Below the pieces are notes generated by a model that was not told the DNA's origin, made no database searches, and saw only the letters and a list, made by a program, of their open reading frames with translations. A program made the translations under genes and the position numbers. Positions 1 to 7,342 of a stretch of 15,749 bases of DNA are shown here, one piece after another. The stretch comes from a virus. Location: UHGV virus genome UHGV-0120055. One strand, 5' to 3'. Position 1 is the first letter of the stretch, and the number at the start of each line of letters is the position of its first letter.

Positions 1-41
1 GGGGTATTGAATTCAGCCATCAGTAAAAACAAGGTGTTCAT
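1..41 (-). CDS. 5' end of a leftward gene that continues beyond the window (partial)
   Basis: Reverse-strand ATG at 41-39 preceded by GGAGA (rc of 48-52) at 5-nt spacing; reads MNTLFLLMAEFNTP to the window edge. Not in the ORF track because it is truncated. Confidence 0.3.
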   Translation of the reverse strand, partial: MNTLFLLMAEFNT

Positions 42-77
42 AATTTTCTCCATCAAAACCGGCTGCACCCGGGAAAA

Positions 78-650
78 TCATAATTCTGTGCTGGTGGCAG
101 GAATTAACTTCTGCCAGATAGCTGAAACATATTTTGCCTGATGACGAGCATCAGCCAGGGCGTTGTGCCGTTCGCCATCGAAAGGCATGTCCATTTTGGG
201 GGCGAATCCGATGGAACGCCCAAGCGTAACGATCGTGCGTACATCGTGATCATTCCAGTACGCCCATGGGCAGATTTGTCCTGCTCGTTCATAAGCTCCG
301 CGTAAAATTACGTTGTCGAAGGTGGCCCCGTTACCCCAAACTTTTAAATATTTCGTATTGCCTGCGTGCCGATTAATGAAATGGCTCAGTTCAGAGAGTG
401 CATCGCTGATCGACAAAGTATCATCAATACAGATTGCAGCTCGTGCTTCAGGGCTTTGTTTCAACCACCACAGGATGGTATCGCCGTCAGGTGTGGCCCC
501 TTGCTCCATAGCACTGTCCAGGCTGACAACCGTATAGAATTCTTGTCCGATGTCTCCGGTTTCTGGAGTGAAGAACACCGCGCCAATGGAAACGATCGGT
601 GCATCCTTATTTTTCCCCATTGTCTCAAGGTCGATCATTAAGTTGTTCAT
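78..650 (-). CDS. DEDDh-type 3'-5' exonuclease
   Basis: ORF track 78..653; IDLETMG (Exo I D-x-E) and H-x4-D near the C-terminus (HNALAD) seen in the translation. Start moved to ATG 650-648, which has an AGGAGG SD (rc of 658-663) and overlaps the upstream stop by 1 nt. Family assigned by motif recognition only. Confidence 0.7.
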   Translation of the reverse strand: MNNLMIDLETMGKNKDAPIVSIGAVFFTPETGDIGQEFYTVVSLDSAMEQGATPDGDTILWWLKQSPEARAAICIDDTLSISDALSELSHFINRHAGNTKYLKVWGNGATFDNVILRGAYERAGQICPWAYWNDHDVRTIVTLGRSIGFAPKMDMPFDGERHNALADARHQAKYVSAIWQKLIPATSTEL

Positions 651-1402
651 CACTTCACCTCCTGCGGCGGTTCCGGTAGCGGCATCCAGTGAGTTGCTTG
701 CTCAATACCATTACCCGGCTTAATCGTTGCATCTCCGCGCCGAAAGGTGCTTCCGGTATAGCGTGCGGAGCATATTAGCGGTTCAACCAGAGAGCTATCG
801 AAATTCACCGAAATAAGCACGTTCTGGCCCTTTTCAGGCATTCGATCACTACAGCTTATCCAACTATCCGGAGTTCCCGGAGAGTTGCCATTTACATCGA
901 AGTTTGGCTCTGCGTCCTGAACCAGGAGGATGTAACCATTCTTGGCTGTATCAAGTTCTAACGCCTCGGTGACGGTGCCGAAATAGCGATTACCTAAATC
1001 AGCATCACAAGTGCTTACATCAATGGAAACTTCCATGCCTTCGATTAATTCTGGCAAGTTGTAAGTTTGGCTTACAGGTTGGCTACCCTGAAGCATGGCG
1101 GCGCGGTGACACCAGATAATCCAGCCAAGCGCCATATCCCATGCCATGTATTCTCTATCGCCATTTTTTGCCCTACGGCGATCTACAGATTCCCCGAAAC
1201 GCTTCTCCATAAATAATTCATAGGCTGCTCGTTCATCCGATACTGCTGCCAGCGATGCCAGTGTAATTTTAAATGCGGTAAGTATGTTGTTAACCTGACC
1301 TATTTCGAATGCTATTTCACTACATACAAACGATTTATCGTCTATTATCGACTCAATTCCGGTAATCGTGTTCTGTAACCATTCTTTGGTAAGAGTATTC
1401 AT
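650..1402 (-). CDS. phage hypothetical protein with DUF551-like C-terminus
   Basis: 250-aa ORF ending ...THWMPLPEPPQEVK, which matches the conserved C-terminal signature of DUF551 phage proteins as I recall it. Start ATG 1402 lies 2 nt after the upstream stop. Confidence 0.6.
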   Translation of the reverse strand: MNTLTKEWLQNTITGIESIIDDKSFVCSEIAFEIGQVNNILTAFKITLASLAAVSDERAAYELFMEKRFGESVDRRRAKNGDREYMAWDMALGWIIWCHRAAMLQGSQPVSQTYNLPELIEGMEVSIDVSTCDADLGNRYFGTVTEALELDTAKNGYILLVQDAEPNFDVNGNSPGTPDSWISCSDRMPEKGQNVLISVNFDSSLVEPLICSARYTGSTFRRGDATIKPGNGIEQATHWMPLPEPPQEVK

Positions 1403-1404
1403 AA

Positions 1405-1596
1405 CTATTTCACTTTAATCTCAATATTTCGCAGCTTTAGCTCTACTGGCAGGTCTGACTTTCCTGTTAATGCTAATGCGAGATTTTCAGGAGTAATGAG
1501 AGCAGTTATTGTTTTCCCCATCGCCAGACGAATAATCATTCGTATCTCGCGATCGTCACATGCTCCCGGTCGAACAATTGATATTTGTCCGTTCAT
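1405..1596 (-). CDS. small hypothetical protein (63 aa)
   Basis: Internal ATG 1596-1594 with AGGAG SD (rc of 1603-1607); the longer track ORF 1405..1677 would overlap the upstream gene. Start is 1 nt beyond the upstream stop at 1598-1600. Confidence 0.45.
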   Translation of the reverse strand: MNGQISIVRPGACDDREIRMIIRLAMGKTITALITPENLALALTGKSDLPVELKLRNIEIKVK

Positions 1597-1597
1597 C

Positions 1598-2236
1598 TCA
1601 CTCTCCTTTGATGCGAATGCCTGCGGCGCGTGGCACATTAACTTCCACGATGCGCACTGTTGGTTTGTACATCTCAATCGCTGTCAACCAGTCAGCTCCT
1701 GTCATGCGCTTTTCCGCATCGCCATTAGTCCACTGAACCGGTACACCAATAGCCTTCATCGCGATTTCTATTTCCCCGGCAATGGCGCTTTTTCCGCAAC
1801 CAGTAAAACCAGAAACAACGACAAGAACTTCACCTTTGGCTGGTTTTATTTCCCGTGCTTCCAGTTCTGCAATGCGCTTACTTCCATCCGAGATAACACC
1901 TTCGTAATACTCACGCTGCTCGTTGAGTTTTGATTTTGCTGCTTCAAGCTCAACGCGCAGCTTCCCAACCGTAAGCGCAATATCCTCGTTCTCCTGGTCG
2001 CGGCGTTTGATGTATTGCTGGTTTCTTTCCCGTTCATCCAGAAGCGCCAGCACGGTTTCTGGTCCGGCCAGAAATTTGAAGGCGTTGAGCGCATCAATAT
2101 CCACACCGTAATCTTTAAGTTCCTGTTCACTTATCAGATCATCATCAACTGGCAACATTAACAGGCGTTCCATTGCCGGAATTGCACGTTCTGCCGCCTC
2201 ACGCAGCGCCAGTGTGTCGATGTCGATTTTGCTCAT
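1598..2236 (-). CDS. Ea22/Ead-like phage early protein
   Basis: N-terminus MSKIDIDTLALREAAERA... and a central coiled-coil-like region resemble lambda Ea22-family proteins. Start at ATG 2236-2234 with AGGAGG SD (rc of 2241-2246) and ATGA overlap with the upstream stop; the track start at 2260 has a weaker SD. Confidence 0.6.
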   Translation of the reverse strand: MSKIDIDTLALREAAERAIPAMERLLMLPVDDDLISEQELKDYGVDIDALNAFKFLAGPETVLALLDERERNQQYIKRRDQENEDIALTVGKLRVELEAAKSKLNEQREYYEGVISDGSKRIAELEAREIKPAKGEVLVVVSGFTGCGKSAIAGEIEIAMKAIGVPVQWTNGDAEKRMTGADWLTAIEMYKPTVRIVEVNVPRAAGIRIKGE

Positions 2237-2466
2237 TGTGCCTCCTCGATTTCGTCCCATTCCACCCAGGCATTCTCTCCATCAGCATCGATTTCACCTT
2301 TGTGACCGCATTTGGAACAAACGGCCTCATCACCCGCCCACAAAGAATCTTTGGTTACCGACCATCCTGTTACCTTGGCTTTGCCGTGCTGGCACTTAGG
2401 GCAATCATCAAGCCATTCGACTTCGACCGTTGAAGGACCAAATCCATGTTCAGTTCGGATGCTCAT
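2233..2466 (-). CDS. small zinc-ribbon protein (77 aa)
   Basis: Two Cys pairs (CPKC ... CSKC) in the translation; ATG 2466-2464 with AAGGAG SD (rc of 2472-2477); ATGA overlap with the upstream gene. Confidence 0.5.
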   Translation of the reverse strand: MSIRTEHGFGPSTVEVEWLDDCPKCQHGKAKVTGWSVTKDSLWAGDEAVCSKCGHKGEIDADGENAWVEWDEIEEAQ

Positions 2467-2807
2467 GACTGAACTCCTTTGCGAATCTGTTCCGCCCATT
2501 CTTCAAGGGATTTCTCTGCATATTCACCGGACAGGCCATCAATCGGATGCGATTCATTAGCTAACTCTTCTTTTGCTGACAGAATCATGCGTGTAACGTC
2601 GAAAACTTCAGCCAAAGGCTTATTGATAAATCCGTGATTGAAAGCAGCAGCAAGACGGCTTGCGGTATAGTTAATACCCTCGTTGCGAGCCTCAGCACGT
2701 ACTTCATCGAATTTACGCACCAGATACTCAGCATTTGTTTCATTCACTTTCAGATCTCGCGGTACACATTTCCCGCGAAGAAACCCTTCCATTTCGATAA
2801 CATTCAT
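2463..2807 (-). CDS. hypothetical phage early protein (114 aa)
   Basis: Track ORF 2463..2813; start placed at ATG 2807-2805, which overlaps the stop of the HD-domain gene (ATGA). No family recognised. Confidence 0.5.
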   Translation of the reverse strand: MNVIEMEGFLRGKCVPRDLKVNETNAEYLVRKFDEVRAEARNEGINYTASRLAAAFNHGFINKPLAEVFDVTRMILSAKEELANESHPIDGLSGEYAEKSLEEWAEQIRKGVQS

Positions 2808-3340
2808 GCGCATTTGCGTAACTCCGATAACTCGTTAAAACGTTCCATAAACATCCCATAGGCATGGCCTGGCGACAGTGGAATAACTTTGAACATCTCT
2901 GTTGCCGGGATACCTTCCAATACAGGCCAGAAAGAGCCATCATCAAGTCCGAGATCGCGGCGTTCGGTTGCCAGCATGATGAGATCGGCATATTTCACTG
3001 GCGTGCTCATAACCGGGGGTAACCCGTATTTCTCACGGATTACGGCGTCTATTTTTTCTTCCATCCGTTTATAGTCAGGAAGAAGGCGTTTCAGTGGAGC
3101 GGGGATGTCCTGGCAATACGCTTCTGTTGCATCATGCATTAACGCTTCAAAAGCAAATTCCTGCGGCACCAGCTGGCTGCAAAGAACCGCATGTTGGGCG
3201 ACGCTGTAGAAGTGCGAAAGATGACCGGCAAAGCGACAGATATTTGAAAGGGAAACCGCGATATCGTTAATATCGATGTCGTCTTTATTTATCTTGTCAT
3301 AATAAAAATGCTTCCCGGAAAAAGTTTTAATAAATGACAT
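2804..3340 (-). CDS. HD-domain phosphohydrolase (YfdR-like 5'-deoxynucleotidase family)
   Basis: His ... His-Asp motifs (VAQHAV, LMHDATEAY) typical of the HD superfamily; ATG 3340-3338 with GGAGA SD (rc of 3346-3350). Resembles CPS-53 prophage YfdR from memory. Confidence 0.7.
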   Translation of the reverse strand: MSFIKTFSGKHFYYDKINKDDIDINDIAVSLSNICRFAGHLSHFYSVAQHAVLCSQLVPQEFAFEALMHDATEAYCQDIPAPLKRLLPDYKRMEEKIDAVIREKYGLPPVMSTPVKYADLIMLATERRDLGLDDGSFWPVLEGIPATEMFKVIPLSPGHAYGMFMERFNELSELRKCA

Positions 3341-3467
3341 TTTGTTCTCCACGTATATGCACTGCACCGCGCTGAATTCTGGTAAAAGGAAGCCCTCACC
3401 ATTCGGTGATTATTGAGTTAATTACGTTTCCATAAATGCCCCCGCAGGGGCATTTGCAGTAATGAAA

Positions 3468-4292
3468 TCAGGCGGTGAAAGTACCAATAAAGGTTTCTAC
3501 TTTGCTGTCTTTGAATTTCTCAACAAGCAGATCACGAAATTCGTTAGCCATTTCTTCCTGCACCGCTTCCAGCTGAATAATGCGCAGAACCAGTACAGGA
3601 CGATCGCCAGTGATAATGCTGAGGCGTAATTTAAACGGACGTTCTTTCAGACCTTCAAACGGAACGCATTTAAATTCAAATGCCACTGGCATAATGTCTT
3701 TGGTCTTCGCTTCGACAGACTCCATCAGGGAGCGTTTGCCGCTGAAGTCATTATCTTCAAAATCAGCGGTCTGGTTCGCTTCAATTGTGATTTTACGGAT
3801 CGCCGCAGCCGCTTTGGTTGCCTGAATGGCGTCACCATTAGCATCAAAGCCCACAAGGTAGTCGGCCCAGTCTTCAATCCATTCTGCTAGTGACTTCTGG
3901 GAGTTACGCTCGCCGTTAACAGACAACAGGGCAGAGAACGGTGCTGTCTTTTTCAGTTTGAGAGTGGCGGTGTTATCTGCGTGACCTGGTTCATCAATAG
4001 TACCCAGGTTAAGCACACTGACTGCTCGCATATTATCGGCATCGATAAAGCAGCGGGTGCCTTCATCTGCAAGATCTTTAGAATAACGGGTAAAGTCATC
4101 GATGCTGGCAGTGGAAAGCGCACCACGGAAACGGAAGCGATTTAAATTAAATTTTTCCAGATCATGAATGCGGAAATTCTCAGGCAATGCCACAGCATCG
4201 GCACCAATCTTACTGATAATTTCATTAACACCCTGAGCAGAAATAAGGGCATGGATTTGATTAATTGCGGTTGCGTCTAAGTTCTGAGACAT
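3468..4292 (-). CDS. YfdQ-like phage protein (DUF2303-type)
   Basis: 274-aa ORF; ATG 4292 with GAGGA SD (rc of 4299-4303). Assigned by recollection of the yfdP-yfdQ-yfdR arrangement in E. coli CPS-53; not verified by search. Confidence 0.6.
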   Translation of the reverse strand: MSQNLDATAINQIHALISAQGVNEIISKIGADAVALPENFRIHDLEKFNLNRFRFRGALSTASIDDFTRYSKDLADEGTRCFIDADNMRAVSVLNLGTIDEPGHADNTATLKLKKTAPFSALLSVNGERNSQKSLAEWIEDWADYLVGFDANGDAIQATKAAAAIRKITIEANQTADFEDNDFSGKRSLMESVEAKTKDIMPVAFEFKCVPFEGLKERPFKLRLSIITGDRPVLVLRIIQLEAVQEEMANEFRDLLVEKFKDSKVETFIGTFTA

Positions 4293-4357
4293 AATAAGTC
4301 CTCACTATATAAAGATATTCAGTGATGAGATAAATAATCAGTTAATTAAGAACGATA

Positions 4358-4720
4358 TTAATGACCTGCTGCGCGGAGTTTTCCGTCAGGTTCACCGGCA
4401 AGAGTCAGTAATTGTCCCTGGTCTTCCTGCAGAATAGTCAGGCGACCACCGCGATTGACATACATCGGCGTTTCGGTGGTGTCTTCTTCAGAAATTTTCC
4501 CGCGGTTAGTCGGGCGAACATATGAGAGTTTGTGTTTGATTTTCACACGGTTCTCATCAAATGGTTCGATTTCCAGGTTGAGTGAGACCTTACCTTTGGT
4601 TTTCGTGTTCATCACACCGGAAGCGACTTCACTGAGAACTGCGCCGATTTTGGTTTCAAATACGCCGCCGTCCAGCTCCCCGATAAATGCCTGCACATCA
4701 GTACTGCGTTCGCTAGCCAT
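4358..4720 (-). CDS. YfdP-like hypothetical protein (120 aa)
   Basis: Track ORF 4358..4951 trimmed to ATG 4720-4718 (MASERSTDVQ...) with GAGGAG SD (rc of 4727-4732); the upstream extension is low-complexity and overlaps the structured leader. Confidence 0.6.
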   Translation of the reverse strand: MASERSTDVQAFIGELDGGVFETKIGAVLSEVASGVMNTKTKGKVSLNLEIEPFDENRVKIKHKLSYVRPTNRGKISEEDTTETPMYVNRGGRLTILQEDQGQLLTLAGEPDGKLRAAGH

Positions 4721-4768
4721 TTTGCTGCTCCTCATCATATCGACCCTGCAAGGCCGATTAGTTTCTCC

Positions 4769-4903
4769 ACAAAACAGAGAAGAACACCTGCGGTGGCTGC
4801 CGCCCGGATGGATTGGGTTATGAGCCCGTCGTCCGGTGATGCTCTTCTCTGTTTTGTAAAAAGAGCGGTACCAGCCGGAAGCAAGGGTACAAACTGGTAC
4901 CGC
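4769..4903 (-). promoter_or_regulatory. structured pL-leader RNA element: boxA-like motif between two long hairpins (candidate nut/put-like site)
   Basis: Perfect 15-bp inverted repeat 4769-4783 / 4843-4857 (59-nt interior); perfect 10-bp inverted repeat 4865-4874 / 4894-4903 (19-nt loop); minus-strand CGCTCTTTTTACAAAAC (rc of 4851-4867) resembles the boxA consensus CGCTCTT(T)A. Confidence 0.3.
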
Positions 4904-5314
4904 CAAAGCAGTGGCTGTTGTGGTGGGGTTGTCACTCAGGCGTATGGTCAACCTGACAATCCGGTGTCCTCAACGGGGAAAGAGTAACCCCGCCATACTT
5001 ACCGCCGCGCCATTTCGCGGATTACCACAACGCTGAGAGCACTTAGCCAGTTACGGCACCACACTTTGTCGCGGCTCCATAAATGCCCTCATCGTTGCAC
5101 CCTGGTCTCTTCCCAGGCGTCAAACCGAATCGCCACGCTGGTTAGGCGTCTTATCAGCATCATCATTGACTTGCACATTCCGGCTACCTGGTTTGTTTGC
5201 CCGAGCAAGGAGTGGATTGTCCCCTTTAACGTCCCCAGACCGCTAACGACGCATGTGCCATACGCCGTGTTACAACCAAATTTTGTTAGTACCTTGTTTG
5301 TTTGTCTGGAAAGA

Positions 5315-5367
5315 AAGATAAAATGAAGTTGCGCATTATGCAAGTGTTTTTGTTGCGAGATATGCAA
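5315..5367 (-). promoter_or_regulatory. OL/pL-like region: two 15-bp operator-like sites overlapping a leftward promoter
   Basis: TTGCGCATTATGCAA (5329-5343) and TTGCGAGATATGCAA (5353-5367) share the pattern TTGCG-N5-TGCAA with the OR site at 6136-6150. Candidate minus-strand -35 TTGCAT (rc of 5338-5343) and -10 TATCTT (rc of 5315-5320) at 17-bp spacing. Confidence 0.4.
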
Positions 5368-5380
5368 TTTAAAGGGTAAT

Positions 5381-5402
5381 GAAAAGCCACCTTTGGGTGG
5401 CT
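5381..5402 (-). terminator. putative intrinsic terminator downstream of the repressor gene
   Basis: 7-bp stem AGCCACC/GGTGGCT with a 4-nt loop (5385-5402), followed on the minus strand by UUUC AUU; about 20 nt after the repressor stop. The U-tract is short. Confidence 0.35.
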
Positions 5403-5422
5403 AATTGATGAGGAGGTAAGGG

Positions 5423-6115
5423 TTAATTGTGTCGCTTAATGGTTTGTGACTGGCTGATTAAGACCTTTCCAAAGACCATAAACCGGTGTTCATTTTCGCT
5501 GGTAATTCCCCATTCACGGTAAATCTGGTTATCAGAAATCACCAGTAGTTTGTCAGGTATCATTTGCAGTCGTTTGACATAAATTTTATCATCAAAACCA
5601 AATACATAGATACCATCTCCATCAAACTGATTGATACTGACATCAACGAAGATGAGATCTCCTGGCTCAATGGTTGGACACATACTGTCCCCACGAACGT
5701 TGATAACTTTAATGTGATTGGCTGGCCGTCCACCAAACATCGATACAGCATTATCAGTTCTGTATTCAATGGCATGAATCACATCAATGACATCACCGCC
5801 CTGGATAAGGCCATTTCCCGCACTGGCACTGACATCCAGCATTTCAATACGGAATACATCCTTCACCTGCGCAACATCCTCACTAATACTGTTTTTACAT
5901 ACAGTATTACTTTTGAAGTCTGAGGTAAAGAGATCAGCAATATCAACACCTAAGCTCTTGGCAATATTACTCAGGGCTTGTTCAGTGAATTGTTTCTGCT
6001 TACCTGTTTCCAGGCGTGAGATATTCGCCGCATCCACTCCTATTGCTTCAGCGAGATCGGCGATTTTCATGTTCTTCGCCTGGCGAAGTTGTCTGACTCG
6101 GTTTCCTATGTTCAT
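5423..6115 (-). CDS. CI-type prophage repressor (HTH_XRE N-terminus, S24 LexA-like autopeptidase C-terminus)
   Basis: N-terminal HTH (KIADLAEAIGVDAANISRLE), Ala-Gly cleavage-site candidate (SASAGNG), Ser/Lys dyad context (RGDSM ... VKRL). ATG 6115 has no SD and sits 7 nt from a -10-like hexamer, consistent with a leaderless transcript as for lambda cI from pRM. Confidence 0.85.
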   Translation of the reverse strand: MNIGNRVRQLRQAKNMKIADLAEAIGVDAANISRLETGKQKQFTEQALSNIAKSLGVDIADLFTSDFKSNTVCKNSISEDVAQVKDVFRIEMLDVSASAGNGLIQGGDVIDVIHAIEYRTDNAVSMFGGRPANHIKVINVRGDSMCPTIEPGDLIFVDVSINQFDGDGIYVFGFDDKIYVKRLQMIPDKLLVISDNQIYREWGITSENEHRFMVFGKVLISQSQTIKRHN

Positions 6116-6212
6116 GCGTTTATTACATTTCTTTATTGCGCGTTAAGCAAATCAACTTGCGCAAAATATTTGCGTGAAATAATATGCTCATCACGCAATA
6201 TGTGGAGGTTAT
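6116..6212. promoter_or_regulatory. OR-like region with divergent promoters (pRM-like leftward, pR-like rightward) and operator half-sites
   Basis: Rightward: -35 TTGCGC (6157-6162), 17-bp spacer, -10 TAATAT (6180-6185), then GGAGG SD and cro ATG at 6213. Leftward: -35 TTGCTT (rc of 6145-6150), 17-bp spacer, -10 TGTAAT (rc of 6122-6127). Operator-like TTGCGCGTTAAGCAA (6136-6150), palindrome TTGCGCAA (6157-6164), weaker ATGCTCATCACGCAA (6184-6198). Confidence 0.5.
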
Positions 6213-6473
6213 ATGCAATCACCATTACGGAATGTGCGTAAGGCGCACGGATTTACTTTGCAGCATGTTGCTGCTGGCGTTCAGGTCAATCCAGCGACGC
6301 TGAGTCGTATTGAAAGACTGGAACAAATTCCATCTATCGATCTTGCAGAACGTCTGGCCAATTTTTTTAAGGGTGAAATCAGCGAAATGCAGATTCTTTA
6401 TCCGGCACGTTTTCAATCTAGCCAAAACCAGAATGGGTTTAAACCACAGGAACAGGAGGTAAGCCGTGGGTAA
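6213..6473 (+). CDS. Cro-like HTH_XRE regulator
   Basis: 86-aa ORF diverging from the repressor; HTH (FTLQHVAAGVQVNPATLSRIE); GGAGG SD at 6204-6208. Confidence 0.75.
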   Translation: MQSPLRNVRKAHGFTLQHVAAGVQVNPATLSRIERLEQIPSIDLAERLANFFKGEISEMQILYPARFQSSQNQNGFKPQEQEVSRG

Positions 6474-7017
6474 TCATCACTGGAAAGTGGAAAAACAGCC
6501 TGAGTGGTACGTGAAAGCTGTCAGAAAAACCATCGCGGCGTTGCCAGGGGGTTACGCTGAAGCTGCTGAGTGGCTGGATGTTACAGAGAACGCTTTATTC
6601 AACCGCCTTCGTGCAGATGGCGATCAGATTTTCCCGCTGGGATGGGCAATGATTTTACAGCGTGCTGCTGGCACTCACTACATTGCGGATGCTGTCGCAC
6701 AGTCTGCTGGTGGGGTGTTTGTATCGCTTCCTGAAATTGAGGAAGTAGAGAACGCAGATATAAACCAGCGCCTGCTGGAAGTCATCGAACAGATCGGGAG
6801 TTACTCAAAGCAGATTCGTTCGGCAATCGAAGATGGGGTAGTGGAGCCACACGAGCAGACAGCAATTAATGATGAATTGTATCTGTCAATTTCGAAGCTC
6901 CAGGAGCATGCGGCACTGGTCTACAAAATTTTCTGCGCTCCAGAAAAGAGTGACGCCCGCGAGTGTGCAGCTCCGGGCGTCGTGGCGTTTTGTGTCTGTG
7001 GAGAAACTAACGCATGA
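6466..7017 (+). CDS. CII-like / CP76-family putative regulatory protein
   Basis: 183-aa ORF directly after cro; GTG start 6466 with AGGAGG SD (6454-6459). Position and size match CII/CP76 or YdaT-like proteins, but the family call is from memory and tentative. Confidence 0.55.
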   Translation: MGNHHWKVEKQPEWYVKAVRKTIAALPGGYAEAAEWLDVTENALFNRLRADGDQIFPLGWAMILQRAAGTHYIADAVAQSAGGVFVSLPEIEEVENADINQRLLEVIEQIGSYSKQIRSAIEDGVVEPHEQTAINDELYLSISKLQEHAALVYKIFCAPEKSDARECAAPGVVAFCVCGETNA

Positions 7018-7162
7018 ACAGTTTAACGGCAAATAACCGTTTGTCGCAACAGCTGGTGGTCAGTGTCGCTGCACACCTGTTGTTACGGCATGAATGCAGA
7101 TTACCAAATCACCTGGCTGTAAGTAACCACAGAGAACTTTACCTGACTGTGGGGGGCGAGTT

Positions 7163-7342
7163 GTGCAGGAACTTAACCGCTGGTTTCGTGACGGAAGAGG
7201 ACTTTATGTTCATGTTATTCGTTGGGAGCCAGAAACACAGCGCGTTATCTATCTTCGCAAAGACTACCCGCATGAGTGCTTTAGTCCTTTGTGGAAATTC
7301 AGGCGTGATTTTGTTGAGTGTGAAGGACCACCAGCACATTGA
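7163..7342 (+). CDS. small hypothetical protein (59 aa, GTG start) in an alternative frame inside long ORF 7014..8165
   Basis: Frame-2 translation VQELNRWFRDGRGLYVHVIRWEPETQRVIYLRKDYPHECFSPLWKFRRDFVECEGPPAH has protein-like composition; a G6 run (7151-7156) lies just upstream and could serve as SD. Below the ORF-track length cutoff. Confidence 0.3.
   Translation: MQELNRWFRDGRGLYVHVIRWEPETQRVIYLRKDYPHECFSPLWKFRRDFVECEGPPAH

Noticed and set aside
1496-2130. Plus-strand ORFs (1496..1933, 1923..2111) and minus-strand ORF 1846..2130 overlapping the Ea22-like gene
   Set aside because: Overlap a gene with recognisable family features and proper coupling signals; no SD; compositionally atypical.
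4342-4349. Possible internal promoter in the AT-rich gap between the YfdP-like and YfdQ-like genes (TTAATTAA palindrome, TATATA hexamer)
   Set aside because: AT-rich intergenic DNA readily produces -10-like hexamers; no convincing -35 partner found by eye.
4358-4951. Long 197-aa version of the YfdP-like ORF
   Set aside because: The N-terminal 77 residues are low-complexity and overlap the strongly structured leader; the internal ATG at 4720 has a good SD and gives the 120-aa length expected for this family.
4455-4987. Plus-strand ORFs (4455..4823, 4793..4987) and minus-strand ORF 4735..4935 over the structured leader
   Set aside because: Antisense to or overlapping a confident gene, no SD, and the sequence is dominated by inverted repeats; more consistent with RNA structure than coding.
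5089-5367. 92-aa minus-strand ORF in the repressor-proximal intergenic region
   Set aside because: It would start inside or upstream of the operator/promoter-like sites (5329-5367), has no SD, and its reading frame runs through the region best explained as pL leader. Judged a chance ORF.
5560-6146. ORFs 5564..5923 (+), 5787..6146 (+) and 5560..5775 (-) overlapping the repressor gene
   Set aside because: The repressor frame has clear HTH and S24 motifs; these alternative frames are chance ORFs.
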